The notes below the pieces were generated by a model that did not search any database, had not been told where the DNA came from, and was given only the letters and a program-made list of their open reading frames with translations. Shown here piece by piece: positions 27,628 to 35,852 of a stretch of 38,051 bases of DNA. The position numbers and the translations under genes were made by a program. Source of the stretch: a virus (Duplodnaviria > Caudoviricetes); the IMG/VR virus record IMGVR_UViG_3300025018_000290, positions 1-38,051 of that record; one strand, 5' to 3'. Each line of letters opens with the position of its first letter. Within the stretch, counting starts at the first letter, position 1.

Positions 27628-27837
27628 GTGTTTTCAGCAGGTGAAACAAAAATGATTGGCCTCTTAACTTCTTTGAAAGAAAATCAAGAGAAAGAAATAA
27701 ATCTGTTAATTGACTTAAATTCTAATATGGTTAAACTGTTTTCTTTGATGAATACATACAATACAGAATATCAAGAAATGGTTAATAAAGATTTAGGTCT
27801 TGAAAATGTTGATTTAATGAGAGACTTACTTGATTGA
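27628..27837 (+). CDS. hypothetical protein
   Basis: 69-aa ORF, SD GGGAG, GTG start. Confidence 0.5.
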   Translation: MFSAGETKMIGLLTSLKENQEKEINLLIDLNSNMVKLFSLMNTYNTEYQEMVNKDLGLENVDLMRDLLD

Positions 27838-28271
27838 CAAAAAGTATCCATATAAAATTTCTTGTAAAAATTATAGAAAGAGGCAATAAAGTATTTCAGC
27901 ATTTTATACACTCTAAAGCTAAAGGGTATAAGTATATTGATGATGCTAGATTTGCTTTTAAGGATCAATTTGAAAAAAGAATAACTTCAATGCTCCTTAC
28001 AGAAAAAGGATTTCTTTTTGTAGAAAGAAGAGTTGAAGAAGATAGAATAATATTTGAGTATAACAAGTTAGAAAATTCAGAAGACATAGAAGTAAAAAGT
28101 TATGCTTTCTCTATGGCTGGATTTGTAGCAGATAAAGCATCTTGTGACGATTGTTTTTTTGCAAGAGAAGAAAATGGTTTTATTTTCTGCGAAAAAATGC
28201 AAAAGTCTTTGCCGAATAAAAAGAAAAATTGTTCTATTTTTAAACAGAGGGAAGGTGTTTTTAAAACGTGA
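27834..28271 (+). CDS. hypothetical protein with C-terminal 4-Cys cluster
   Basis: CDDC-x10-C-x12-C; overlaps the primase start (GTGA). Confidence 0.55.
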   Translation: MTKSIHIKFLVKIIERGNKVFQHFIHSKAKGYKYIDDARFAFKDQFEKRITSMLLTEKGFLFVERRVEEDRIIFEYNKLENSEDIEVKSYAFSMAGFVADKASCDDCFFAREENGFIFCEKMQKSLPNKKKNCSIFKQREGVFKT

Positions 28272-29266
28272 GTGTAAGATTTAAAATTCCAAGCAAAATA
28301 ATAGAAGATTTTGTAGAACAAAACTTTCAGTATAAAATAACCTCAAAAGGCGAATATAGAATTAGTGATCCTTTTTCAAGTGATACTCGCTTTCGCCTTC
28401 ACATACACCCAGAAAAATCAACATATTTCTCTTACGACAGACAAACAGGCGGAGACTTCTCAAGCTTTATGGGTCAATACTTATCTCTTCATTCAAGAGA
28501 AGAAGTAATAAGTTTTATTGTAAAAAACTTTTCTATAACTATGTTTGATTTTTCTGGTTTCTCTGGAAATAAAATAAAAGAAGAAGTAGCAAAAAAGATA
28601 GATTTTCCAGAAAACATAAAGTGGTTTTCTCAAGAAGAAAATTTAGGGGTTTTAGGGAATTCTGCTAAGAAATATTTAGAAGAAAGAAAGATATCTCCAG
28701 ACGGACTTGGATATGTTTTTGATAGAAAAAGTGAATATAATGAAAGAATAATAATACCTTTCATTGAAAATGATGAAATAGTTTATTTTATAGCAAGGAG
28801 TTTTACTGGAAGTAAATTAAGATATAGAAATCCAGTAATTGATTCTAGTGGATTTGTTTTTAATATTGATAAAATAAGAGAAGAATTAGTTATTGTTGAG
28901 GGAGTGTTTGATGCCCTTTCTTTTAATTCAGAAATTCAAATTGCAACAGCAATGCTTACTTCGAGAATTAGCGATAAACAAGTAAATAAAATTCTTGAAA
29001 AAGAACCAAGAACAATTATCTTTGCTCCAGATAATGACTTGACTGGAAAAGAAACTCTTGAATATAATATTAAAAAGTTTCAATCACTTAAGTCGCCTAC
29101 TATGAAAATAGATTTTTATATCTATTACTTGCCTTATGGTATAAAAGATTTTAATGAACTTAAAGTAAAAACTGGAAAAGATTTTATTACTTTAGATGAG
29201 TGTGAAAAATACGAAAAAGTTAATTTCGCTGTTAGCGAATTTATGGAAAAAATATTACAAGTTTAA
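28268..29266 (+). CDS. DnaG-type primase (T4 gp61-like)
   Basis: RIIIP, ARSF...LRY.NP, TOPRIM VEGVFDA, PDND..G, KDFNE. Confidence 0.85.
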   Translation: MSVRFKIPSKIIEDFVEQNFQYKITSKGEYRISDPFSSDTRFRLHIHPEKSTYFSYDRQTGGDFSSFMGQYLSLHSREEVISFIVKNFSITMFDFSGFSGNKIKEEVAKKIDFPENIKWFSQEENLGVLGNSAKKYLEERKISPDGLGYVFDRKSEYNERIIIPFIENDEIVYFIARSFTGSKLRYRNPVIDSSGFVFNIDKIREELVIVEGVFDALSFNSEIQIATAMLTSRISDKQVNKILEKEPRTIIFAPDNDLTGKETLEYNIKKFQSLKSPTMKIDFYIYYLPYGIKDFNELKVKTGKDFITLDECEKYEKVNFAVSEFMEKILQV

Positions 29267-29294
29267 AAGCGCATTAGAGAGGAGATTTACAACT

Positions 29295-29642
29295 ATGGCT
29301 GACCTTACAACAAACGAACAAGTTAAACTTGTTAGTTTAAGCGAATTGTTTCTTACTAATATCAAGATAGCAAGAAATATTTCTGTGTCTTATTCAAATG
29401 ATTTATCTGTTAAGGATAATCTTTCGCAAAAATTTATTCAAAGGGCAAATGATGTTTTTGAAAGATTAGAAAAACAAAATATATCTATTTTTTCTAAAGA
29501 TCAATGCCTTAAGTCTGCAGAATTAGTTTCTGAAACTGTTGGCTATATCAGAGATATTAAGAATTTTAAGTCTCTAAAAGATAAGGACGTTCTTGTTGAG
29601 AGAATTTTCTCCTTGCTTGAAAAGATAAATGAAATAATATAA
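29295..29642 (+). CDS. hypothetical protein
   Basis: In-frame ATG at 29295 follows SD GAGGAG; more likely start than the track's 29196. Confidence 0.55.
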   Translation: MADLTTNEQVKLVSLSELFLTNIKIARNISVSYSNDLSVKDNLSQKFIQRANDVFERLEKQNISIFSKDQCLKSAELVSETVGYIRDIKNFKSLKDKDVLVERIFSLLEKINEII

Positions 29643-29659
29643 ATTTTGGAGATATTCTT

Positions 29660-30127
29660 TTGGAAGATTTAAAAATTTTAGAGGGTGAAAAAATAAAAAA
29701 TATTATTTGCGAAGATGTATCAGTTGATGATATGGAATTCGTAAAACAATCCTCTGAAAAAATGATACAGCTATGTATGGAAAGGGGTGGTTTAGGTTTA
29801 GCTGCCCCACAAGTTGGGATTAATAAAAAATTCTTTATTTGGATGAATACAGAAAATAGCTTTGAAGTAGTTATTAATCCCAGTTATTATCCTCAAGAAA
29901 AGAAGGTAACTAATGTTGCAGAAAGTTGCCTATCTCTACCAGAAGAAAATAATTATATAGTCAAAAGATATAAAAAAATAAGAGTTGTTTTCTATGTATA
30001 TGATAACCTAAATAATAAATTTATAAAATTTTTTAGGGTTCTTAGTGACGGAAATGCTTTTGTTTGGCAACACGAAATAGACCATCTTTATGGGAAAACC
30101 ATAGATGAGATAGGAACTTTATTATAA
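29660..30127 (+). CDS. def: peptide deformylase
   Basis: GLGLAAPQVG, ESCLSLP, QHEIDHL.G. Confidence 0.92.
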   Translation: MEDLKILEGEKIKNIICEDVSVDDMEFVKQSSEKMIQLCMERGGLGLAAPQVGINKKFFIWMNTENSFEVVINPSYYPQEKKVTNVAESCLSLPEENNYIVKRYKKIRVVFYVYDNLNNKFIKFFRVLSDGNAFVWQHEIDHLYGKTIDEIGTLL

Positions 30128-30146
30128 AAGGCAGGTGATAGAATAA

Positions 30147-30356
30147 TTGGCAGAAGTCAAACTAAGAGACGGAGAAGAACTAGAGTCCCTTCTAAAAAGA
30201 TTTAAAAAAAAGGTCATAGAAGAGAAAATTATTATTGAGTTCAAAAAGAGACAGTATTATGTTAAGCCCAGTAGAGAAAAATACGAGAAAGAAAAAAAGG
30301 CAAAGCACAAGAAGTTTCTTAAAGAGCTTAAGGGAAATTCTAGGGTAAAGAAATAA
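30147..30356 (+). CDS. rpsU: ribosomal protein bS21
   Basis: V...GE.LE..LKRFKKKV..E.II.E.KKRQYY.KPS. Confidence 0.88.
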   Translation: MAEVKLRDGEELESLLKRFKKKVIEEKIIIEFKKRQYYVKPSREKYEKEKKAKHKKFLKELKGNSRVKK

Positions 30357-30371
30357 CTAAGGAGAAATCCT

Positions 30372-30542
30372 ATGAAAAACAATTTTGTTTTTGACCAGAA
30401 GAAGAATAAGTGGAAAGCTTTCTATAAGAGGTTTAACAAAAGAAAGTGCATAGGATTTTATAGTTCTCTAGAAGAAGCAAAAATAGCATATTCTAATGCA
30501 AAAAATAAATACGAAAGATACTCAGAATTTCTAATAGATTAA
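30372..30542 (+). CDS. stand-alone AP2-like DNA-binding protein (56 aa, not in the ORF track)
   Basis: MKNNFVFDQKKNKWKAFYKRFNKRKCIGFYSSLEEAKIAYSNAKNKYERYSEFLID; SD AAGGAG; KWxA...GxY...EEA..AY..A AP2 pattern. Confidence 0.6.
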   Translation: MKNNFVFDQKKNKWKAFYKRFNKRKCIGFYSSLEEAKIAYSNAKNKYERYSEFLID

Positions 30543-30560
30543 AAAGACATATATTGTTAT

Positions 30561-31043
30561 ATGTCTATTAATCAAAAGAAAAAAGGCTCAAGAGGTGAAC
30601 TTGAATTAGTTCATATATTTAATGAGAGATTTGGAGGTGGATTTAAAAGATCTGCAAACTCTGGAGCTGATACTGGAAAAACTAACTATGGTAAAATCTC
30701 TCAACTTAATCTTGATGAAGAGCAAATAATAGATCTCTCTGGAGATTTAATAACTCCAAGAAATTTTAAGTTTATAATAGAAAGCAAAGCTTATTCTAGC
30801 GTAGATTTTTGGGAACTTTTTAATAGAAGCTCAAACTTAAATTCTTTTGTAGAACAGGTTGAATTTGATGCAAATAAAACAAAAAGACAACCACTACTTA
30901 TTATAAAATATAATAGAAAACCTAGACTTGCTTTTCTTAAAGAAAAAATTAAAGATAAGTATATCTTCGAATGGAAAGAGTATTATTGTTATTATCTTGA
31001 TGCTCTTCTAGAAGAGGATGATAAATTTTTCTTTAAGGAATAA
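30561..31043 (+). CDS. Holliday junction resolvase (Hjc-like PD-(D/E)xK)
   Basis: KKGSRGELE, F.RS..SGA, GDLI, IESKAY, PLLIIK.NR. Confidence 0.75.
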   Translation: MSINQKKKGSRGELELVHIFNERFGGGFKRSANSGADTGKTNYGKISQLNLDEEQIIDLSGDLITPRNFKFIIESKAYSSVDFWELFNRSSNLNSFVEQVEFDANKTKRQPLLIIKYNRKPRLAFLKEKIKDKYIFEWKEYYCYYLDALLEEDDKFFFKE

Positions 31044-31046
31044 AAT

Positions 31047-31649
31047 ATGGATTTAGAGCAATATCTTTTTGAGGAAGTAGCCTTAGCTACTCTTTCTAAC
31101 TCAATAAAGAATTTAGAAAAAATTTTCAATTACGGCCTCAAGCAAGTATATGAACAAAGCTTTCTTACTAAGATAGAAGAACAGATAAAAGAAGTTGTAA
31201 GAATAAGGGAAAGACCCTCTAAGAGAATAAACGAAGTAGCGTGGATTGATGGCTTTAATGTTATCTATGTAAATCCTCAGCCATTTTATTCTTTAACAAA
31301 AGAGAAACAAGTCTCTACTTTGTTACATGAATTTATTCACTTGTTACATTCTTCTAGAAAATTTTTATTTTTTAATAAATTTCCAGAAGTAAAGAAGCTA
31401 ACAAAATCTCTATATATTATAGTGAAAAATGGACTAACTCAAGGAAGCACTTTAGGTTCTTTTATTGCTAACAGAAAAGATGTTTCTTTGAAATATTTAA
31501 ACAAAGAAGAAATACTTGCCTACCTTATGACAGGAAGCATAAATTGGAATGCAATAACAAAAGAAGCTAAAGAGAAAGTTATACAAGAATTAAAAGATTC
31601 CAATATGTTTAATTTAACATCAAACTTCTGGATTAAGCGACTAAAATGA
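31047..31649 (+). CDS. zincin-like metallopeptidase with capsid-targeting-like N-terminus
   Basis: MDLEQYLFEE; TLLHEFIH and downstream EE.LAY. Confidence 0.6.
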   Translation: MDLEQYLFEEVALATLSNSIKNLEKIFNYGLKQVYEQSFLTKIEEQIKEVVRIRERPSKRINEVAWIDGFNVIYVNPQPFYSLTKEKQVSTLLHEFIHLLHSSRKFLFFNKFPEVKKLTKSLYIIVKNGLTQGSTLGSFIANRKDVSLKYLNKEEILAYLMTGSINWNAITKEAKEKVIQELKDSNMFNLTSNFWIKRLK

Positions 31650-31684
31650 TTGACATAAAAAAATAAAAACTGGAGGATAGTGTA

Positions 31685-32044
31685 ATGGCCGATGAAGAAA
31701 AAGATGTTGAGGATTATTTAGCAGAAGCTTCTCTAAGAGAAGAAATTGATAAATTAAATTCTCTTGCTGCAATACTCCAGTCAATAAAAGATGATATGGA
31801 AAACTTCTCTACAGGTGGTTCAAAAAGATTTACTAATTTAGAATCAACTTATTTTCATACCAATAAACATATGATGACACTATATTTTAAGATTGGAATG
31901 GTAATAGAAAGATTTAATGATTATGTAGAAATAAGAAAAGGAATAGAAGACATAGGGGATGAAATAAGCCTTCTTAACGAAAAGTCTTCAAAAAGACCAA
32001 TGGGATTTGAAACATCTTCTCTCATAGAACAGGATAAGAAATAA
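31685..32044 (+). CDS. hypothetical protein
   Basis: 119-aa ORF, SD GGAGG; TTGACA at 31650 upstream. Confidence 0.55.
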   Translation: MADEEKDVEDYLAEASLREEIDKLNSLAAILQSIKDDMENFSTGGSKRFTNLESTYFHTNKHMMTLYFKIGMVIERFNDYVEIRKGIEDIGDEISLLNEKSSKRPMGFETSSLIEQDKK

Positions 32045-32054
32045 AGGAGCTGCA

Positions 32055-33395
32055 TTGCAACTTAGTGGAGAAAAAGAAAATCTTTCTTTAGATGATGATT
32101 ATCTTGAGAAGTCAATTTTAGTAAAGAGTTTAAAAAATAAATCTTTCTTTTTAAGGTTAAAAAAATATCTTTTTACTTCTTTGAAAGATAGCAAAAGTTA
32201 TTTTTCTGAACCTAAATATCAAAAAATATTTAATTTAATTTGTGTGTTCTTTGAAAGAACAAACAAGCTTCCCTCAAAAGGTGACATAACCATTCTGATG
32301 AATGGTTTGTTAAAGAAAGATCAAGACCAATTAAATTTAATGTTATATCTCCTCGACGAAATTTATCTTTTTGAGGATGATGTAGACGAAGAACTTTTGT
32401 TTGGAAAAACAAAAGAGTTTATAATAAAGAATAGAGTTTACGAGGTAATGTTTCGTGGGCAATCCTATATCCAAACAGGAGACTGGGACAAGCTTTCTAC
32501 AGAAATGGCTGAGGCAGTAAAAGTTTCTTTTGATGTAGATTTTGGAGTTGACTTAAATGATGTAGACGATGGTTTGCAAAGAATACTTCAGAGAAGCAAT
32601 GCTAACTTTATTCCTACTTCTTCACTAAAGCTAAACGAAACTTTAGATGGCGGTTTCAGAGAAGGTGAGCTTTATGTTTTTGGAGCGATGCCTGGAACAG
32701 GTAAAACTCTTATAATGGGCTCTCTTGGTTTGGATGCTTGGACTATGCAGAATAAAAATATATTATATTATACTTTTGAAACCTCTGAAGATGTTCTTCG
32801 CCAACGACTTTATCAAAACTTAGCTGGAATGAGTAAGAGATATATTATAGAAAATCCAGATGACGCTTCTATTGTTTTGAAAGAGAAAATGATAAACTTG
32901 AACTCTAAATATAAAATAATAAGAAAGCAAGCAAACTCAACAAGTTCAGCTGATATACTAGCACAAATTCAGGAGATGAGTTTAAAAGTAAATTTTAGAC
33001 CAGATATTCTATTTATAGACTATATGCTCTTAACAAAAGCTAACGATGCAAGACTTGACCCAGGAAATTCTTATAGATATTATAAATCTGTTTCAGAAGA
33101 TATGAGAAATATTTCAGTAGAGTTAAGTATTCCAGTTGTTTCTGCTGCTCAGCTTAATAGAGATTCTCAAGATGAAAGGGGCGGTTCCAAAATGACTGTA
33201 TCTTCAAAGAACCTTTCGGAAAGTAGAGGTATTTTAGATACAGCGGATTATTTAGCAATAGTTACTCAATCAATGAATGATAGAAAAAATGGAATGATAA
33301 ATTTATTCCACGAGAAAGTAAGAAATGGAAAAGCGGGCTTTAGCACTAAGCACGCTATTGATTATGAGTATATGAGAATAACTGATGCTGATTAG
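32055..33395 (+). CDS. replicative DnaB/T4 gp41-like helicase
   Basis: LDGGF..GEL...GAMPGTGKT, FE, IDY, SAAQLNR, ES.GI.DTAD, K.RNG. Confidence 0.9.
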   Translation: MQLSGEKENLSLDDDYLEKSILVKSLKNKSFFLRLKKYLFTSLKDSKSYFSEPKYQKIFNLICVFFERTNKLPSKGDITILMNGLLKKDQDQLNLMLYLLDEIYLFEDDVDEELLFGKTKEFIIKNRVYEVMFRGQSYIQTGDWDKLSTEMAEAVKVSFDVDFGVDLNDVDDGLQRILQRSNANFIPTSSLKLNETLDGGFREGELYVFGAMPGTGKTLIMGSLGLDAWTMQNKNILYYTFETSEDVLRQRLYQNLAGMSKRYIIENPDDASIVLKEKMINLNSKYKIIRKQANSTSSADILAQIQEMSLKVNFRPDILFIDYMLLTKANDARLDPGNSYRYYKSVSEDMRNISVELSIPVVSAAQLNRDSQDERGGSKMTVSSKNLSESRGILDTADYLAIVTQSMNDRKNGMINLFHEKVRNGKAGFSTKHAIDYEYMRITDAD

Positions 33396-33397
33396 AT

Positions 33398-33991
33398 TTA
33401 AGATAGGCCTTTAGGAAGCTTTTTAAGATCTTCTGTAGAAGTTCCCTTCTCGTCTAATCTGTTTTCAAATTCTTTTGCCAACCTAAGAACATCGCCAATA
33501 GTTGCTTTTATTCCCATGTCTTTTCTATCAACGTTTGGAAGATCTAAGGTTTCATCTGGAAGAACTTTCTTACCCATAATGAAATCATAAGTTCTTTCTA
33601 GTTGATCAGAATCAAAGTTTCTTTTATTTTTCTTGGATGTATCTCCAAGAGCAAAAAAAGTATCAGCAAACTTTTTCTTGGTTATTTTATTAGAGCTGAG
33701 AGAGGTTCTAAGCATTCCAATTAATTTGGAATCGTTCAACCTTACGAAGTCTCTTTTAAAGTTTTCAGGGATAGATGAAAGAGCCATTGCTTTTACAACT
33801 TTTTTATCTGCTCCTTGAACTTTAATATGTTTTTCTAGAGTTGATCCTCTCTTGTTGGTAAGAGGCTTTACTGCTCTTTCTTCTTTTCTTTTGTTCCAGT
33901 ATTGCTCACCAGCATTACCCTTCTCTTCTTCGTTAAGAGATATTATGCCAGCGTGTCTTTTCATTTCTTTTATAAAGTTCATTTTTGCCAT
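33398..33991 (-). CDS. basic protein with propeptide-like N-terminus (putative internal virion protein)
   Basis: MAKMNFIKEMKRHAGIISLNEE; late motif at 34019-34028. Confidence 0.5.
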   Translation of the reverse strand: MAKMNFIKEMKRHAGIISLNEEEKGNAGEQYWNKRKEERAVKPLTNKRGSTLEKHIKVQGADKKVVKAMALSSIPENFKRDFVRLNDSKLIGMLRTSLSSNKITKKKFADTFFALGDTSKKNKRNFDSDQLERTYDFIMGKKVLPDETLDLPNVDRKDMGIKATIGDVLRLAKEFENRLDEKGTSTEDLKKLPKGLS

Positions 33992-34018
33992 TCCTTTGTT
34001 GCAAATTGATATTTTAAT

Positions 34019-34050
34019 ATAACTTTACATTTATCGTGAAGTAAATTTAA
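34019..34050. promoter_or_regulatory. back-to-back putative late promoters (GTAAAGTTAT on -, GTAAATTTAA on +)
   Basis: Two motif copies in the 63-nt divergent intergenic gap, each pointing at a gene. Confidence 0.6.
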
Positions 34051-34054
34051 TACT

Positions 34055-34414
34055 ATGAAACTAAAAAATATATTACAAGAAGAAAAAGAGCAGTTAATCG
34101 AAGAAGCTAAGTTTGGAAAAGAAAACTCCAACTGGAAGGGATCTTTTAAAAACCTTACAGAAAGAGGTAAGCATGTAAGAGTAACTGCAATTAAAGGGCC
34201 AGCAAGCAAGCATAAATGTTCTCGTTGCAGTTCTCAGGCAAGTGAGTGGGCAAGCACTAAAAAAGACCCTAGTGGTCCATCTGATTATATTGCGGTTTGT
34301 AAATCGTGCCATTCAAAAATGGATCACAAAGATGGAAATATAAACAAAAAAAATGCAGACAAAAGACCTTTAACTTATTACGAGCCACATAACAAAGGTG
34401 GAAGAAGAAATTAG
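34055..34414 (+). CDS. HNH/zinc-finger protein with capsid-targeting-like N-terminus
   Basis: MKLKNILQEE..LIEE; NSNWKG...H..V...KG....CSRC....EWA.......DY..VC.SCH..MD. Confidence 0.6.
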   Translation: MKLKNILQEEKEQLIEEAKFGKENSNWKGSFKNLTERGKHVRVTAIKGPASKHKCSRCSSQASEWASTKKDPSGPSDYIAVCKSCHSKMDHKDGNINKKNADKRPLTYYEPHNKGGRRN

Positions 34415-34443
34415 TTGACAAGAAAAAATTAATAGATTATTAT
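34415..34443 (+). promoter_or_regulatory. sigma70-type promoter TTGACA-N17-TATTAT
   Basis: Consensus; shares TTGACAAGAAAAA with the tandem promoters at 36720-37111. Confidence 0.75.
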
Positions 34444-34463
34444 TAATAATATTTAATAATACA

Positions 34464-35060
34464 GTGAAAGAGGTAAAATTGAATTTCGATAGATTTAAAG
34501 AAATTTTGAGTGAAGAAGTTAATAATATAATAATTGAACCAAGACTTACAGAAACAAAAAAAGAAAAAGGAAGCTTCTGCGAATTACTTTATAGGGATCT
34601 CCCTTCAATGCAGTCCATAAACATAAAAATGGGCAATTGTTTGGAAAGAACTTGGAAGCTTCTAATTTCCGAAGAAAGTGATGTTGTTTTTGATGCTAGA
34701 AAAAAAATTCTAGGCCATCAGATAGATATTTTATTTCACAAAAACGAAGAAACTTATTATCTTGAAAGCAAGAATAATCTTAACATAGACACAGAAAAAA
34801 CAATAGCAACATATAATAAATTAGTAACAATCAGAAATTTTCTTGAAGAAGAAGAAAGACAAAATGTATTCTCTAAAGTATTAAATAATAGATACTCTTA
34901 TGGATATTTAGTTAAAGATTTTAAGTATCCAATAACACAAAATGATATTATGGGATACTCAGAACTTTTTGAAGTTTTTAATGTTTCCGTTGATAAGCTA
35001 GAATGGGAAAACTTTTTTTTAGATATAGGCAATAATATCCTTAGAGGAGCAAGATGTTGA
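34464..35060 (+). CDS. PD-(D/E)xK nuclease, putative type II restriction endonuclease
   Basis: MGNCLE...QIDILF...YYLESK; overlaps the methylase start; alternative TTG start at 34479 after SD GAGG. Confidence 0.55.
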   Translation: MKEVKLNFDRFKEILSEEVNNIIIEPRLTETKKEKGSFCELLYRDLPSMQSINIKMGNCLERTWKLLISEESDVVFDARKKILGHQIDILFHKNEETYYLESKNNLNIDTEKTIATYNKLVTIRNFLEEEERQNVFSKVLNNRYSYGYLVKDFKYPITQNDIMGYSELFEVFNVSVDKLEWENFFLDIGNNILRGARC

Positions 35061-35839
35061 ATCCAATAATTAAATGGAGTGGTGGAAAATCACAAGAGAT
35101 TAAATTTTTTAAAAAATATTACCCAAGTGCCTTTAATAGATTTATAGAGCCATTTGTTGGAGGCGGCGCAGTATTTTTTGATTTAAATTTTGAAGGCGAA
35201 AATGTTATAAACGATATTCATAAAGAGCTTGTCGTATTTTACGAGCAGATAGCAAAAGGTAATGCTATTAAAATTTATGAACTTATGAAAAGCTTTAAAA
35301 ATGATGAAAAAGATTATTATTTTATTAGAGATGTTTTTATCCCTGAAAATGATGTAGAGACTGCTTTTAGATTTTTCTATCTTAGAAAAACTTGTTTTAG
35401 AGGTATGCTTAGATATAATAAAAAAGGGCATTTTAATATACCTTTTGGAAGATATAAAACATATGAATTTGAAAATATTCTAGATGATAACTACAGGAAG
35501 CTACTATCTAATACAAATATAATGTTTGGCGATAGTTCAAAAGTTTTTGAAAATTATAACTCAGAAGAAAACTTTGTTTTTTTAGATCCTCCATATGATA
35601 GTGTTTTTACTGACTATGGATATTGTAAATATGATAAAGAAAATCATCTTTTATTATTTAAAGATTTTAGTAGCACCAAAAATAAATGCCTAATGGTTAT
35701 AGGTGAAACCCCATTTATTTCTAATCTATATAAAGATTATATTGTAGATAGATTTCATAAAAAATATGCTTTTAAAATTCATAGTGGAAGAGTTGGAGAT
35801 GAAATAGATAACTATCATCTTATAATTAAGAATTTCTAA
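35054..35839 (+). CDS. dam: Dam-family (D12) N6-adenine methyltransferase
   Basis: KWSGGK, FIEPFVGGGAV, NDI, FRGM.RYN..G.FNIPFGRY, FLDPPY. Confidence 0.9.
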   Translation: MLNPIIKWSGGKSQEIKFFKKYYPSAFNRFIEPFVGGGAVFFDLNFEGENVINDIHKELVVFYEQIAKGNAIKIYELMKSFKNDEKDYYFIRDVFIPENDVETAFRFFYLRKTCFRGMLRYNKKGHFNIPFGRYKTYEFENILDDNYRKLLSNTNIMFGDSSKVFENYNSEENFVFLDPPYDSVFTDYGYCKYDKENHLLLFKDFSSTKNKCLMVIGETPFISNLYKDYIVDRFHKKYAFKIHSGRVGDEIDNYHLIIKNF

Positions 35840-35852
35840 AAAGGAGAGTAAT

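Noticed and set aside
29196-29294. Longer start for the ORF ending at 29642
   Set aside because: Would overlap the primase by about 70 nt; the ATG at 29295 has a clear SD
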